Shown here: piece by piece, positions 25,277-38,944 of the stretch | How positions within the stretch are numbered: the stretch's first letter is position 1 | Layout: the number at the start of each line of letters is the position of its first letter | Source of the DNA: Malacoraja senta | Taxonomy: Eukaryota | Direction: 5' to 3' | Assembly (NCBI GenBank): GCA_038087875.1 | Contig: CM075996.1 | Coordinates: forward strand, 2,544,001-2,608,000 | DNA length: 64,000 nucleotides | The notes under the pieces: generated by a model | Databases searched by the model: none | What the model was told of the DNA's origin: nothing | What the model saw: only the letters and a program-made list of their open reading frames with translations | Position numbers and translations under genes: made by a program

Positions 25277-27261
25277 ACGTACAGAGTCTTTTACCCTATC
25301 TATTATAGACACAAATTGCTGAGTCTATCTTTAGTTTGGTATACTTTATTGTCCCATGTACCGAGGTGCAGTGAAATGCTTCTTGTTGCCTGCTATCCAG
25401 TCAGCAGAAAGACTATGCATGATTACAATCAAGCCGTCCACAGCGTACAGATACGGGATAAAGGGAATAACATTTAGTGTAAAGTAAAGTCTGATTACTG
25501 ATAGTCCAAGAGTCTCCACTGAGGTGGATGGTAGGTCAGGACCACACTCCAGTTGGTGACAGGATGGTTCAGTTGCTTGACAATGTCTTGGTGGCTGATG
25601 CTATTGCTTGTGAGAATACTGTTCTCTGCAAGTTTGCACATTCCAATGGTATTCGGGGAATGAGAACAAGATTACACACAGTCCTAGAACACAAATGCTG
25701 CCTAACTGGTTACCAAGTCAGCAAGTTTAGTTTAGAGATACAGTGCAGAAACGGGCACTGAGTCCATGCCGACCAGCGATCACCCCGTACACTAGCACTA
25801 TCCTACACACTAGGCCCAATAAAATTTTACCAAAGCCAATAAACCTACAAATCTGCACGTTTAGTTTGGAGATACAGCGCGGAAACAGGCCCTTCGGCCC
25901 ACCAGGTTCGTGCCGACCAGCGATCCCCGCACACTAACACTATCTTACACCCGTGCCACAGTATGCTGAGCTGAGCAAGCTAAGGAATGAGGACTAAATT
26001 ACATGAGGTGCAGGTTAAGACTTGATGCACTCAAGTTTACAGAGCGTAAAATCACATTTAGATGTCCCCCTATGAGTTGTTGGTAATCCTAAAGCCTGTG
26101 ATACCTTCGACCCATTCACCCTCTGAACATCCAAATGCGTGAATATCCATAAATCAGAATGGGGGATATAAAGTAGAAGGCAATAGTCCTTTAGTTTTTA
26201 ATTACAATTACATTTGGTTTTGATAATATGAAAAAAAAACGTGAAGCAGAATTTAAAAACTGCCTGGAATGCAGAGGAGAAAAATTGCATGGTTTGGGTG
26301 TGACATCTTTCACAGAAATGAAAACTGATACTTGCGTCAGCATTTTTGTGAAATTTCTGGTAGTTAGAAGTATAGCAACAATAAATCTCTGTAATGCACG
26401 AGTCATGGGTTCAGTGAGCTACCAATTAGAAAAGCAGGTAATTGTGGGATGATGCAAACTTGCCTCAAGGATGCTACAGAAAGGAATTGAAGTCAAGGTT
26501 AAATATTCAGTGCCCCACTCAAAGTAAACATGAGAACGTGGGATAGAGTTATTAGTGTCATAAGGCACGGAAACAGCCCCTTCAACCCAACTTTCCCAAG
26601 CTGACCAATGTGTCCCATCTATCCTAGTCTCACCTGCCTGCGTTTGGGCTATAACCCTCTAAACCTTCCCTATCTATATACCTGCCAAAATGTTTTTTAA
26701 ATGTTCTTCAAGTATCTGTCTCAACTGCGTCCTCTGGCCGCACATTCCGTATACCCACCAGCCCCTGTGTGGAAAGAGTTGCCACACTTCACACGCTGTG
26801 GGCAATTTGTAGAGGCCAATTAACCTACATACTTCTTTGGGACGTGGGAGGAAGCCGGAGCACCTGGGGGAAACCTCACCGGGTCACCCAAAACGTGCAA
26901 ACTCCACACAGACAACACCCGAGGTCTCTGGCGCTGCGAGGCAGCAGCTCTGCCAGCTGCGCCACTGTGCCACCCCTCATAGTGCCAACCCCTCAGGAAT
27001 GCTTCAATGCTAATATGGCACTTTGGGACTGTGAAAGATGGTCTAGAAATAAGATTGACCTCTGTGTTGTAACCAGTGACAATCATTTTTATCAAAAATA
27101 AGTTGATAACCAAAGTTGAGAAGCTTTTCACTGCATCTCAAGAGTCAAGAGTGTTTTATTGTCATATGTTCAAGACAGAACAATGAAATTCTTACTTGCT
27201 GCAGCATAGCAGAATATGTAAACATAGTACACTATAAACAATACAATAAATGAGAAAAAAG

Positions 27262-27367
27262 GTGTGTGTGTATGTGTGTATATATATATATATGTGTGTG
27301 TGTGTATATATATGTGTGTGTATATGTGTGTGTGTGTATATACAGAGTATGTGTTTGTATGTATATA

Positions 27368-27466
<99 letters not shown>

Positions 27467-27478
27467 GCACACGCACGC
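27262..27478. repeat. (TG)/(TA)n microsatellite
   Basis: Seen directly. Confidence 0.97.
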
Positions 27479-27747
27479 AAACTGCTCGCACTCACACATG
27501 CTCTAATAGTGTAAAAAGAAAACCAATATGGCACTTTGTAATTCATAGCTTATTTGGAGGTTGTCGTCTTTAACAGTCTGATGACTGCAGGGAAGAAGTT
27601 GTTCCTGAAGCTGAATGTTACAGTACACATGACAATAATAAACTAAACTAGCATGTTTTTTCCCTCTCATTCCTCCTGTGCCCCTCCTCCGTGCCCATTC
27701 CCTGTCCTAACTCATCCCAGGTCCCATTGCCGAGGGTCGCCGCAGAG

Positions 27748-27950
27748 ATGCAGTTCTTTGGTCGCCTGGTGGAGAAGCTGAACACCGTGACCAACCTCTT
27801 CGCCAATCCTTACCGGGTGCGGGAGGTGCCGTTTGCTGCGTATGCGCCTCACGACAGGGTCATGGACGACGGACAAGTGGTGCTCTACAGAACCGCCCAG
27901 TCCTGGGACTGCTTGCTCATCAATCCAAGCGCACCTCACAATGCTTTGAG
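27748..27950 (+). CDS. PLA2G6: PLA2G6 (85/88 kDa Ca-independent phospholipase A2) exon 2, start codon
   Basis: Acceptor at 27720|27721, ATG at 27748, donor |gtgagg. MQFFGRLV...VTNLFANPYRVREV matches the iPLA2-beta N-terminus. Confidence 0.96.
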
Positions 27951-30768
27951 GTGAGGACCTTTTGTAGGCAATCTATCAGCCATTCGTAAACACCCTGAAA
28001 TGCAGAGCCACACTTTGCAAGGATGTATTTGTGCCGTGACACGAATCTAGAATGGGTCTCGACCCGAAACGTCACCCATTCCTTCTCTCGCAGATGCTGC
28101 CTGTCCCGCTGAGCTACTCCAGCATTTTGTGTCTATCTTCAGTGAGGTGCCTTTACAGGATAGCCAAGCTGTCACAGCCAACTCGAGATTCTCCTGGTCT
28201 GGTTTATTGACACCTTGCTTTCACCAGGGTCAAGTTGTGAGGCAGGATGAGACAAAACTGGAGATGGATTTCCAAGAATTTAGGGTCCGGGCTGAATTGG
28301 CCGAGGTTTTCGGGGAACTGAATGGAAAGTTAGAGGAAGGCAAATTCCAGTGGTTGGGGAATCCAGAGTTTGTGTCAGAGGCTGGAAATCGGAAACAGCG
28401 CTTTGCGGAGTGGTTAGGAAACATTTCTTTCCACACAGATGGTGGTAGGAATTTACAATACTCTGTGTAAATGTCAACTCATGCTAAATCGGCTGTTTTG
28501 GTTTTGTTGAGCTGTAGTGGGCTGCACAGCGGTGCAGCTTGTGGAACTGCTGCCTCACAGTTCCAGTAAACCCGACCTCCAGTGCCGTCTTTGTGGAGTT
28601 TGCATCTATTTTTGGTGTAAACCACCATCTGCAGCTCTTTCCTACACATTTTGTCCTGGTTATATCCCTAACAAGGTTGGTACACCTTTCTCAGGGCATC
28701 GGGTCCTAAATAGATTTAACTGGAAAAGAATATAGCCCTTTATCTTAGGAAGACAAAAATGCTGGAGAAACTCAGCGGGTGAGGCAGCATCTATGGAACA
28801 AAGGAATAGGTGACGTTTCGGGTCGAGACCTAAAAAAATGAAGAACGTATTCTTCAAATGAAAACTAGTTCTTCACTAAGAGAAGGGGCTGTATTCATTT
28901 TGCCTTTTTTTGATTTTTTTTGTTTAACGTGCATGACAAAAGTTAATTTTGGATCTATGAGCATGCCTTAAGTCTGGAACGGGATTGCAACCTTCACGTG
29001 GTCCGCCCTGTTTTGACGAATGCAAAAAAACCTGGCGTGCACAATCAAGTAAGATCAAATAGAACAAGTTGTCCTACAACTTTAGGCTGTGCACGCCATA
29101 CACAAGAAGAAGAAGAAGAAGTCTGGAACTATCTTCCCTTGCTTTCCCCTACCTCTCACCCACTTATTGACCCATGTCCCAACAGAGCAACTATGCTTCT
29201 CCACTGAGCAACTCTCTTTTCACCCAGAGAGTTGTGATTCTGTGGAATTCTCTGCCACAGAAGGCAGTGGAGGCCAATTCACTGGACATATTCAAGAGAG
29301 AGTTAGATATAGCTCTCAGGGCTAACGGAATCAAGGGATATGGGGAGAAAGCAGGAATGGGGTACTGATTTTGGATGATCATCCGTGATCATATTGAATG
29401 GTGGTGCTGGCTGGAAGGGCCGAATGGCCTACTCCTGAACCCATTTTATCGCTATATTTTGATGTTTCTGTTTATATGGAGCATTTAACATAGCAAAAAC
29501 ATCCAAGAGTTATTTGCAGGGCTATCCAGAAAATAAAAAAAACAGGCTAGGCCATGTAAGGAAGTGTTGGGGTTGGTGAACAAAACGTTTGTTGTTTCTA
29601 GGAAGGAAAGCGAGGTGGAGAGGTTTAGGAAGGGAGCTAGGAGCACTGGTAGCTAACGGGACGTTTGCCAAAACCGGAGCAATTATATTCAGGAAATAAG
29701 AGGAGCTCATGGAACACGATTATTTTGGTGGATTACTGGGAGAGAGGAGATTGCAGCGTTAGTGAGGGGTGAAGTCAATAGAGGAGTTTGGAAACAAGGT
29801 TGGGGCTTTGTTAAAGCTGTGGGTGTTGCTTCAGCAGGGCACCACTGCTGGCAGGCGCAAAGGTGGCTCGGAATGCTCCCAGTACTTTCTCCCCCTTTAG
29901 TAATCCCAGTCGATGTATGTAAAAGCAACTTCGGTTGTGGGACAAAGCCCAGAGGCAGTTGGGTTGGCAGCAACAAAGTTGTTTTGGCTGCAGTCTTCTC
30001 CTTTCCTTGGGTGCGTGTGTTCTGCGGTGCAGACAAGACAATTATAACGGCAGGAGATGGAAGTATCACAGCATAAAGTTGTTTTCAAACATGTTTTTTG
30101 CTACCAGGATGTTATAAATGAGTATTCAGAACATATTTCTAGTTTAGAAAATGGTGATTGAAGTGATGAACCGTATCTTCAAAGGTAGACATAAATGCTG
30201 GAGCAGCTCAGTGGGCAAGACAGCATCTACGGAGCGAAGGAATAGGTGCCTCACCCACTATTCTTCGCTCCATAGATGCTGCCTCACCCGCTGAGTTTCT
30301 CCAGCATTTTTGGTCTACCTTCGATTTTTCCAGCATCTGCAGTTCCTTCTTAAACAAATGTATCTTCAAAATCACCGCCAGTTGAAGCTCGAAGGAAAGA
30401 TTGAAGCATAAATGGTATTAGAATTTTTTTATGTTCATATGTTTTAGGAGCAGAATTAGGCCATTCGGCCCAACAAGTCTACGCCGCCATTTAATAATGG
30501 CTGATCTATCTTTCCCTCACAACCCCATTCTCTTGCCATCTCCCCACAACCCTTGACACTGGTACTAATCAAGAATCTATCAACCTTCACTAATGGGGTT
30601 AGGAGGGAGGGATAGATCAGCCATGAGTGAATGGCGGAGTAGACTTGATGGGCCTAATTCTGCTCCTTTCACTTATGACCTTGAGTGAATTAGTACCCGA
30701 AGTTTATGGAAGGGGCCATTCTGAATCCTTTTCTAGTTTATTCCCCTGTTGTTTCCTTGTGCTCGCAG

Positions 30769-30984
30769 GTTGTTCCAGCTGAGCTCTGAAATAGAGGCAA
30801 GAACCGTCTTTGTGCAGTTTGCAGAGAAGATGAGGCCATTCTACGAGATCTCGTCGGAGTCGCTGAAACTCGACACGGTGCAGCAGCTGACGGACTGCTT
30901 GCGAAGCCACCCGACCTGGCCCCTGGCCCACGTGGCTGTGGAGATGGGAATGAAGGACAGCTTCCGCCACAATCACATCATGCG
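30769..30984 (+). CDS. PLA2G6: PLA2G6 exon 3
   Basis: cgcag| ... |gtaatg, 216 nt. RLFQL...LTDCLRSHPTWPLAHVAVEMG. Confidence 0.95.
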
Positions 30985-31594
30985 GTAATGGATTTGTGTT
31001 GGGCGGGGTCGGGCAGTAAGAGCCCAGTGATACGAATATTGATTTGTTGTGAAGATAGATGCAAAAAGCTGGGGAGAAGGAATGGGTGGCATTTCGGCTC
31101 GTCTTTTTCAGACTGATTCGGCTAATGGATTTGTGTTGGACAGTGTATGTGACCAGAAAAAGATACGACTCTTTGGGCGACTACTCACGAGCATACAGGC
31201 GGCACGTGTCGATATGTCGCGGGGTTACGCCTGTATGGTCATGAGTAGTCGCCCAAACAGTCGTACCTTTTTCTGGTCGCCGCTGGATTTTCAACATGCT
31301 GAAAATTTTCGGTGACCTGCTGCGACCATGACGGGTGCCGGCAAGTCGCCGAAAAAAATCGCATAAGTGGGACAGGCCCTTTACACTATCCTACACACAC
31401 AAGGGACAGTTAACAATTTCACCGAAGCCAATTAGCCTACAAACCTGCATGTCTTTAGAGTGTGGGAGGAGAGCGGAGAAAGGTCTCAGGAAGAAAGTAG
31501 AAACTCCGTACAGACAGCACCCGTAGTCGGGATCGAACCCGGGTCTCTGGCGCTGATAGGCAGCAACTCTACTGCTGTACAGTGCAATCTGCAA

Positions 31595-31850
31595 CAATCA
31601 GGTTCAGGAACAGCTCCTTCCCCACAGCCATCAGACTATTAAACACAAGTTCAAACAAACTGAACTATGACAACTTATTGCACTTTATCTGTTTATTTAT
31701 GTGTATATATATATATATATGTTCTATGGTATATAGACACACTGATCTGATCTGTATTTATGACTACAATATCCTGTTGTGCTGCAGCAATGCAAGAATT
31801 TCATTGTCCTATCTGGGATACATGACAATAAACTCTCTTGACTCTTGCAT
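31595..31850 (+). mobile_element. Rex1/Babar-type LINE 3' end
   Basis: RFRNSSFPTAIRLLN, then ...gacaataaa and a (ctcttga)n tail. Relatives at about 165-410 (-), 22090-22312 (-), 27140-27625 (-) and 63700-63992 (+). Confidence 0.65.
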
Positions 31851-31903
31851 GTTTTTTGCTGGACCGTGTTCATAATGAGAATAACGTGCAATTCTGCGTG
31901 CAG

Positions 31904-32087
31904 CTGCATCAACGACACGGAGAGTGAGGAGGGCATCACCCCTATCCACCTGGCCTGCAAGAAGGGGGACGTTGACTGCGTCCGTGAGCTTGTGGAAGGC
32001 TGTGGCGTTCGCTTGGACGTAGCGGATAAGAACAGTGAGACGGTCTATCACTACGCTGCCAAGCAGTCGAATTGTCAGATCATTGAG
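31904..32087 (+). CDS. PLA2G6: PLA2G6 exon 4 (ankyrin repeats)
   Basis: tgcag| ... |gtacgc, 184 nt. EEGITPIHLACKKGD...DVADKNSETVYHYAA. Confidence 0.95.
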
Positions 32088-34105
32088 GTACGCACCAAAT
32101 TCATCAAAACCATTCTTGGGGCCTGCAATGGTGTCAAAAGGTACGGGGAGAAGGCAGGAGAGTGAGGTTGAGAAGGAATAAATAACTCGGCCATGATCGA
32201 CTGGCTGGGCAGACTCGATGGGCGATATGGACAAATTCTGCTCCTGTGTCTTATGGTCATGAAATGTTAGCTCTTTTTTTCCCCTCTCTCTGCAGATGCT
32301 GTCAGACCTGCTTCTTTCCAGCATTTTATTTCTTTTTTGCCTAATGACTCGTATGATAAATTCGGACACTTGGAGCCAATTCCTGAAAGCTTTTTCGGTA
32401 GAACACAAAGATGAAGCACTTGATTTTTTTCCTTGAGACCTTCACAAGGAGATAGGAAGGAATGAAATGCCTGGATGGACACAAAATGCTGGAGTAACTC
32501 AGCGGGACAGGCAGCATCTCTGGATAGAAGGAATGAGTGATGTTTCGGATCGAGATTCTTCTTCAGACCCGAAACGTCACCCATTCCTGTTCCCCAGAGA
32601 TGCTGCCTGCCCCGCTGAGTTACTCCAGCATTTTGTGCCTATCTTCGATTTAAACCAGCATCTGCAGTTCCTACCCAAACTAAACACAATGAAATGCCTG
32701 GACTTTGCTGAGATCAGAGGCTGTAAAGATTGCTACATTTTGGCCAAACGTCTAGCATCGTGAGGCAAAGATTTGCGACGTATTGGATGGGACAAGTGTT
32801 TAGTCTGCTGTAAGATTGACTTCATTATTTGAGCTTCCCCAGCCAATATTTTGTACGACAGAACCTGGAGTGGGATTTCATGTCTCGTGATCTGTGCATT
32901 CCTGCCCAAGCTGAAAACATGACGTTTGTCTGGGATAATTTCTGCAATGATGGTTGTGTAATTAATAAACTTGTCTCTGCATTTGATGAAAGAAGCAATT
33001 AATGCCTTTGTCTCCAGAGATGTTGCCTGTCTCGCTGAGTTACGCCAGCACTTTGTGTTAAGCTCTAAAGGAGATGAGGAGGAATTTCTTTAGTCGAAGG
33101 GTTGTGAATCTGTGGAATTCATTGCCACAGAAGGCGGAATTTGACAGATTCTTGATTAGTACGGGTGTTGGGGATCAGGAGATATGGGTTAGTGCATGAA
33201 AGTGGCAATGCAGTAAAATACCAGCCTAGTCTGAAGAAGGGTCTCGACCCGAACTGTAACCCATTCCTTCCCTCCGGAGATGCTGCCTGTCCCGCTGAGT
33301 TACTCCAGCATTTTGTGTCTATCTTCGGTTTAAACCAGCATCTGCCGTTCCTTCCGACACAAAAGACCAGCCATTTTCTAAATGTTTAAGAGGAAACTGC
33401 AGATGCTGGGAAAAATGGAAAGTAGACAAAAAATGCTGGAGAAACTCAGCGGGTGAGGCAGCATCTATGGAGCGAAGGAATAGGCGACGTTTCGGGTCTC
33501 CAGCGCATCCATCATCAATGATGACCTGGCAGGTCATGAATCATTCCTGGGACCCGCAACGGTGTCAAATGTTACGGGGAGAAGGCAGGAGAAAGATGTT
33601 GAGAAGGAATAAATAACTCGGCCATGATCGACTGGCTGGGCAGACTCGATGGGCGATATGGACTAATTCTGCTCCTATACGATAAACATGCTCTGTCTGC
33701 TGCATTGAAAAGGATGTCTGAAATTAACTAGTTTGACTTGAAGTCATTATCGAGATGTTAACTAGGTCCATGTGTTTTCTCTAAACCACCAGCCTTTTAC
33801 TTGGCACACAGTGATCTGTGAATCTTGCCATGTCTCCCACTAGTCCATTATTGTTAGGCTGTGGGGTGCGAGTTCCAGTGTTCTGATGCTCATTGGAAAC
33901 GGACTTGAGGCCTTTTCTGTGACCCCTTTAGTTAAGACCATTTAGCTTGCATGCTGTTGTATGTATTGGGTCTGGACGTCAGCCCGGGAGCTGAGTGGTT
34001 CAGCGACATTGACTATGCCCGCAGTCACCTACTAAAGCGCATGGGGGGGGAAAACAAAGCCCTGATCTTATTTGCACTTATTTCATGTCTGCTTTTAATT
34101 TGCAG

Positions 34106-34293
34106 TTGTTGAGTAAACAGCATTCTATCGGAGTGAATCACTTGAGCAACAATGGCGAGACGCCACTTCACATCGCTTGTCGGTTGGGAAAATCTGATGT
34201 CGCCAAATCCTTGCTCCTCTGCCAAGCCAGGTGCAACATTGCTGGATCACAGGGGTATCCCATTCACACGTCCATGAAGTTCAATCAGGTCGG
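34106..34293 (+). CDS. PLA2G6: PLA2G6 exon 5 (ankyrin repeats)
   Basis: tgcag| ... |gtaagg, 188 nt. GETPLHIACRLGK...GYPIHTSMKF. Confidence 0.95.
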
Positions 34294-34385
34294 GTAAGGA
34301 CTGTTTCATGTGCAGGTGTCTCACTGGCTATATCTCCAGAATAGGGCAGCACGGTGGCACAGCGCAGCATAGGCAGTTGCTGCCT

Positions 34386-34800
34386 TCTACACTCTGAAAT
34401 TTAGAAGGATGAGAGAGGATCTTATTGAAACATAAAATTATTAAGTGTTTGGACACGCAAGAGGCAGGAAACATGTTCCCGAAGTTGGGGGAAGTCCAGA
34501 TCCAGGGGCCAAGTTTAAGAATAAGGGGTAAGCCATTTAGAACGGAGATGAGGAAACACTTTTTCACCCAGAGAGTTGTGAGTCTGTGGAATTCTCTGCC
34601 TCAGAGGGCGGTGGAGGCCGGTTCTCTGGATACCTTCAAGAGAGAGCTAGATAGGGTTCTTAAAGATAGCGGAGTCAGGGGATATGGGGAGAAGGCAGGA
34701 ACAGGGTTCTGATTGGGGATGATCAGCCATGATCACATTGAATGGCGGTGCTGGCTCGAAGGGCTGAATGGCCTACTCCTGCACCTATTGTCTATTGTCT
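34386..34800 (+). mobile_element. CR1 3' fragment
   Basis: ORF 34425-34712 plus 3' UTR and tail. Confidence 0.88.
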
Positions 34801-34863
34801 GTAAATTAGTAGTCTGGACAATGCCAACACGTGTGACTTTCCCCATTGTGTTTTCTTGTCTAG

Positions 34864-34960
34864 ATGTGCCGAGGCGATTCTTGAAGCCGATCCGAAGCAG
34901 GCCCATAGTGAGGACGCTCGTCATGGGGGAACTCCTCTTCATTGGGTCAAAAAAGCCGAG
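34864..34960 (+). CDS. PLA2G6: PLA2G6 exon 6
   Basis: gtctag| ... |gttatt, 97 nt. CAEAILEADPKQAHSEDARHGGTPLHWVKKAE. Confidence 0.93.
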
Positions 34961-34996
34961 GTTATTTTTCTTTTTAAAGCCCTTGCTAACTATCTC

Positions 34997-35217
34997 TTTA
35001 AGAAAGAACTGCAGATGCTGGAAAAATGGAAGGTAGACAAAAATGCTGGAGAAACTCAGCGGGTGAGGCAGCATCCATGGAGCGAAGGAATAGGTGATGT
35101 TTCGGGTCGAGACCCTTCTTCAGACTGATGAAGGGTCTCGACCCGAAACGTCACCTATTCCTTCGCTCCATAGATGCAGCCTCGGCCGCTGAGTTTCTCC
35201 AGCATTTTTGTCTACCT
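34997..35217. mobile_element. Palindromic Penelope-terminus mini-element with 14-bp target duplication
   Basis: About 94-bp arms (35030-35123 / 35125-35218); ttgctaactatctc at 34983-34996 and 35218-35231. Confidence 0.8.
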
Positions 35218-35480
35218 TTGCTAACTATCTCACTCATATAAGCTTGGATAGGACCAAGTGTATTAGCTTTAACTCAATGCTGTTTTAAAGCAGTGTGTTG
35301 CCTTTCAACAATACTTCATTTATTGTGCCCAGGTTTATTTTGCTCTGGGGTTCAATAGTTCTTTATTATCACAGTAATACAGGGACATTCTTTTTTTGCA
35401 TATAGTGCAGTAACTTATTTCTATACACAAGTACAATCCCAGATTATGTACAAAGTGTATAGAAACGCTGGCATAGTGGG

Positions 35481-35778
35481 AGTGGCGCAGTGGTCGAGTT
35501 GCTGCCTCACAGCGCCAGAGACCCCGGTTCAATCCTGACTACGTCTGCTATCTGCACGGAGTTTGTACGTTCTCCCTGTGACCGCATGGGTTTTCTCCGG
35601 GTGCTCCGGTTTCCTCCCACACTCCAAAGACGTGCAGGTTGGTAGGTTAATTGGCTTCAGTAAAATTGTAACTTGTCCCTGGTGTGTAGGATAGTGCTAG
35701 TGTACGGGGGTGATCGCTGGCTGGCGCGGACTCGGTGGGCTGAACGGCCTGTTTCTGCGCTGTATCTCTAAAGTCTAA
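35481..35778 (+). mobile_element. HE1-like tRNA-derived V-SINE, near full length
   Basis: A box gtggcgcagtgg, B box ggttcaatcc, V-domain ggttttctccgggtgctccggtttcctcccacactccaaagac, LINE-like tail. Confidence 0.85.
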
Positions 35779-36479
35779 ATAGTCGACTGAGACCATATAC
35801 AAGAGTCACTGTGTTTGGTGCCATTTTGAAAGTGCAAGCTGCAGCTGACCCTAGTTGCAGGCGTTGCCTCCATATGATTCATCCGCCGAACCGTCATCCC
35901 TCTCCTCGCCCGGCCACCTTCATTCAGCCTCTGTGCCCCAGGGATACCTCCGTTTATCATCCCTTTGTGTAGTTTAGAGACACAGCGTGGAAACAGGCCC
36001 TCCGGCCCACCGAGTCCACAACGACCAGCGATCCCCGCACGCTAACGCTATCCTACTACACACACTAGGGACAATTTTTCCATTTATAACCAAACCAATT
36101 AATCTACTAACGTGTACGTCTTTGGAGTGTGGGAGGAAACCGAAGATCTCGGAGAAAACCCACGGGGAGAAGGTACAAACTCCGTGCAGACAAGCACGGG
36201 ATCGAACCCGGGGTTTTTGGCATTGTACGCACTGTAAGACAGCAACTCTACCGCTGTGTTCTGGCGCCCGGCATCGTCAACTACCTCCACCTTCCTCTCC
36301 GATACTCCGGTCTCCGGGGATAAGCAAGGGTCGGGCTCAGCGGCTTCCTTCTACGGCGGGTTTTCCCGTTCCGCGGTGGGCGAGCCTGGCCCTGCACGAC
36401 GGTTTTTTGAGAGGTGCCCGCGTGACTGCAAACTGTTCCATCGTGGAATAACGGCGTCGTGTCGATGGGACTATTTCAG

Positions 36480-36662
36480 ATGATTCCGCTGCTGATGGAC
36501 CACGGATGTAGCTTGAACTACCTGAGTAAGACTGGGGAGACGCCCTTGCACATCATGGTGAAACGCGAGCGTTTCGAGTGCGCTTTGGCACTGCTGGTGC
36601 AAAGGGTGAACACAAACGTAAAGGGCGAGAGTGGGAATACTCCTCTTCATCTTGCCATGAAG
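36480..36662 (+). CDS. PLA2G6: PLA2G6 exon 7
   Basis: tttcag| ... |gtcagt, 183 nt. GETPLHIMV...GNTPLHLAMK. Confidence 0.95.
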
Positions 36663-38014
36663 GTCAGTGTTTTCCAGTATTTTACTGAATTATCCATCAG
36701 TCAGCAGTCAATGTCAATTTTATTTGTCACATGCACATTACATGCAGTGAAGTGAATTTGCCAGCAGCGATACACTTAAAAAGAACACACAATACACAAT
36801 AAAATTTAACAGAAACATGCAAGTGCGCATTCGTTTATTGTCACGTGTACTGAGAATGGATTTCCTCTCTATCTTTTGTATTTGTTGTTTTCTTCAACTA
36901 GCCATCCCATTAAAATGTACCGGGAAGAATCATAGTGAGGAACTGTAGGGAACGTTAGGCTGAGTTAGTGTGAGGATCCCAATATATGGAAAAGCTTACA
37001 GAAGAACTGTCCAGTTAGATTGCCTTTATTTATAAATTGTCCTGAATTCATTTACTCACTGATGACCTTTTCCATTCTTAACGGCATATGGTCAGAGAGA
37101 GATCAACACGGGAACAGGCCATTCAGCCCATGGAGTCCGTGTTGACCATCAGCCACCCATTTACACTAATACTAAGGTACACAAAAATGCTGGAGAAACT
37201 CAGCGGGTGCAGCAGCATCTATGGAGCGAAGGAAATAGGTAACGTTTCGGGCCGAAATCCTTCTTCAGCCTACTTACACTAATACTATGTTGATCCCACT
37301 TTATTCTTTCCATCAGTGTCTTTCACCCCCCCCAGGATACGTTACTCACCTACACACAGTGGCCAATTAACCTACCAAGCCTTTGGGATGTGGGAGGAAA
37401 CAGGAGCACCCAGAAAACTCGCACAGTTCACAGGGAAAATAGACCATACTGGCCGTCAGGACTGAACCCAGCTGTGCAGAAACCTTTCAAATTGCTGCCT
37501 TGGTCTTCGTCATAGAGCATTGGAAACAAGCCCTTCAGCCCAACTTGCCCACGCCAACCAACATCCTCCATCTACACCAGTCCCACCTGGCTCACATCCT
37601 TCTGAACCTATCCTATCCATATACCTGTCCAAACATTGAGATGGTACCTGCCTCAACTGCCCCCTCCGGCAGTTGGTTCCATAAACCTACTGTCCTTTGT
37701 TTAAAGAAAGTTGCCCATCAGGTTCCTATTAAATGTTTCTCCCCTCACCTTAAACCTATAACCTCTGGTTCTTGATTCCCCTACGCTAGGGAAACACTAG
37801 ATTTATCCTATCTATTCCTCTTCGTGATCTTATACACCTCTAAAAGATAACCCCTCATCCTCCTGTGCTCCAAGGAGTAAAGTCCTTCTCTGCTCAACCT
37901 CTCTTATAGCTCAGGGCCTTGAATGCTTTCAACACCCTCGTAAATCTTCCCTGCACCCATTCCAGCTTAACAACATCTTTCCCCTACGGGGTGACCAAAC
38001 CTGCACACAGTTCG

Positions 38015-38432
38015 CATTAACCAACCTGATCTCCCAGTGGTTCAGCACTTCAACTCCCCTTCCATTCCAAATCCGGCCTTTCTGTCCTGGGCCTCCACCA
38101 TGGCCAGAGTGAGGCCCAGCGCAAATTGGAGGAGCAGCACCTCATATTTCACTTGGGTAGTTTACACCCCAGTGGTATGAATATTGACCTCTAATTTCAG
38201 GTAGTTCTTGCTTTCTCCCTCCCTCCCCTCCCCTTCCCAGCTCTCTCACAGCCTACTGTCTCCACCTCTTCCTTTCTTTCCCCCCCCGCCCCCCCGACAT
38301 CAGTCTGAAGAAAGGTCTCGACCCGAAACGTCGCCTATTCCTTCGCTCCATAGACGCTGCCTCACCCGCTGAGTTCCTCCAGCATTTTTTGTCTACCTTC
38401 GATTTTTCCAGCATCTGCAGTTCTTTCTTCAA
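38015..38432 (+). mobile_element. Penelope-like 3' fragment with terminal repeat
   Basis: Homologous to 39545-39950. Confidence 0.8.
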
Positions 38433-38944
38433 CACAATACTCTCAATGTCTCTTCACCAATGTCTTGTACGACGGTAATGTGACCTCCCAAATTTATACT
38501 AACTTCGAGTAATTGAAATGGAACAGGTTTTATTTGTCTCTCCAAGAATGTGCCGTAATTGTAACTTGGTTCGCTGAGTTTATAAAGATCTGAGAAAGAT
38601 AATTGCAATGTTTGCAATTTCTGTAAGAATTCCAATCTGTTATGTAATGCTGCTTGGAATGCATTATAACCTCGAGGTACATCAGATAAATGAGACCATC
38701 TAGAGTCAATTAGCACAGAAACAGTCCCAGTCTGCCCACTAAGTCTTTGCTAACTATCCCACATTTATTAAAACCAACCCTACACTAATCAAATGCTATT
38801 CTCCCCACATTACCATCAGCCCTTCTCAGTTTCAGTCACTCACCTACACCCTGGAACAATTTACATTGGCTAATTAAATGAATAACCTGCACGCCTTTGG
38901 GATGTGGGAGGAAACCAGAGTGTCCGGAGAGAAGACATACACAG

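Noticed and set aside
35481..35545. tRNA-like A/B-box sequences (also about 8975, 10845, 44995)
   Set aside because: These are SINE heads that run on into the V-domain; no complete cloverleaf.
36259..36475. HDV-like ribozyme (ccggcatcgtc ... gatgggac resemblance)
   Set aside because: No partner strand for P2 and no nested double pseudoknot could be built by eye.
36600..36608. Arg in place of the ankyrin consensus Gly (LLVQRVNT)
   Set aside because: One-base difference (AGG vs GGG); cannot be separated from tolerated divergence or a sequencing error without alignments.
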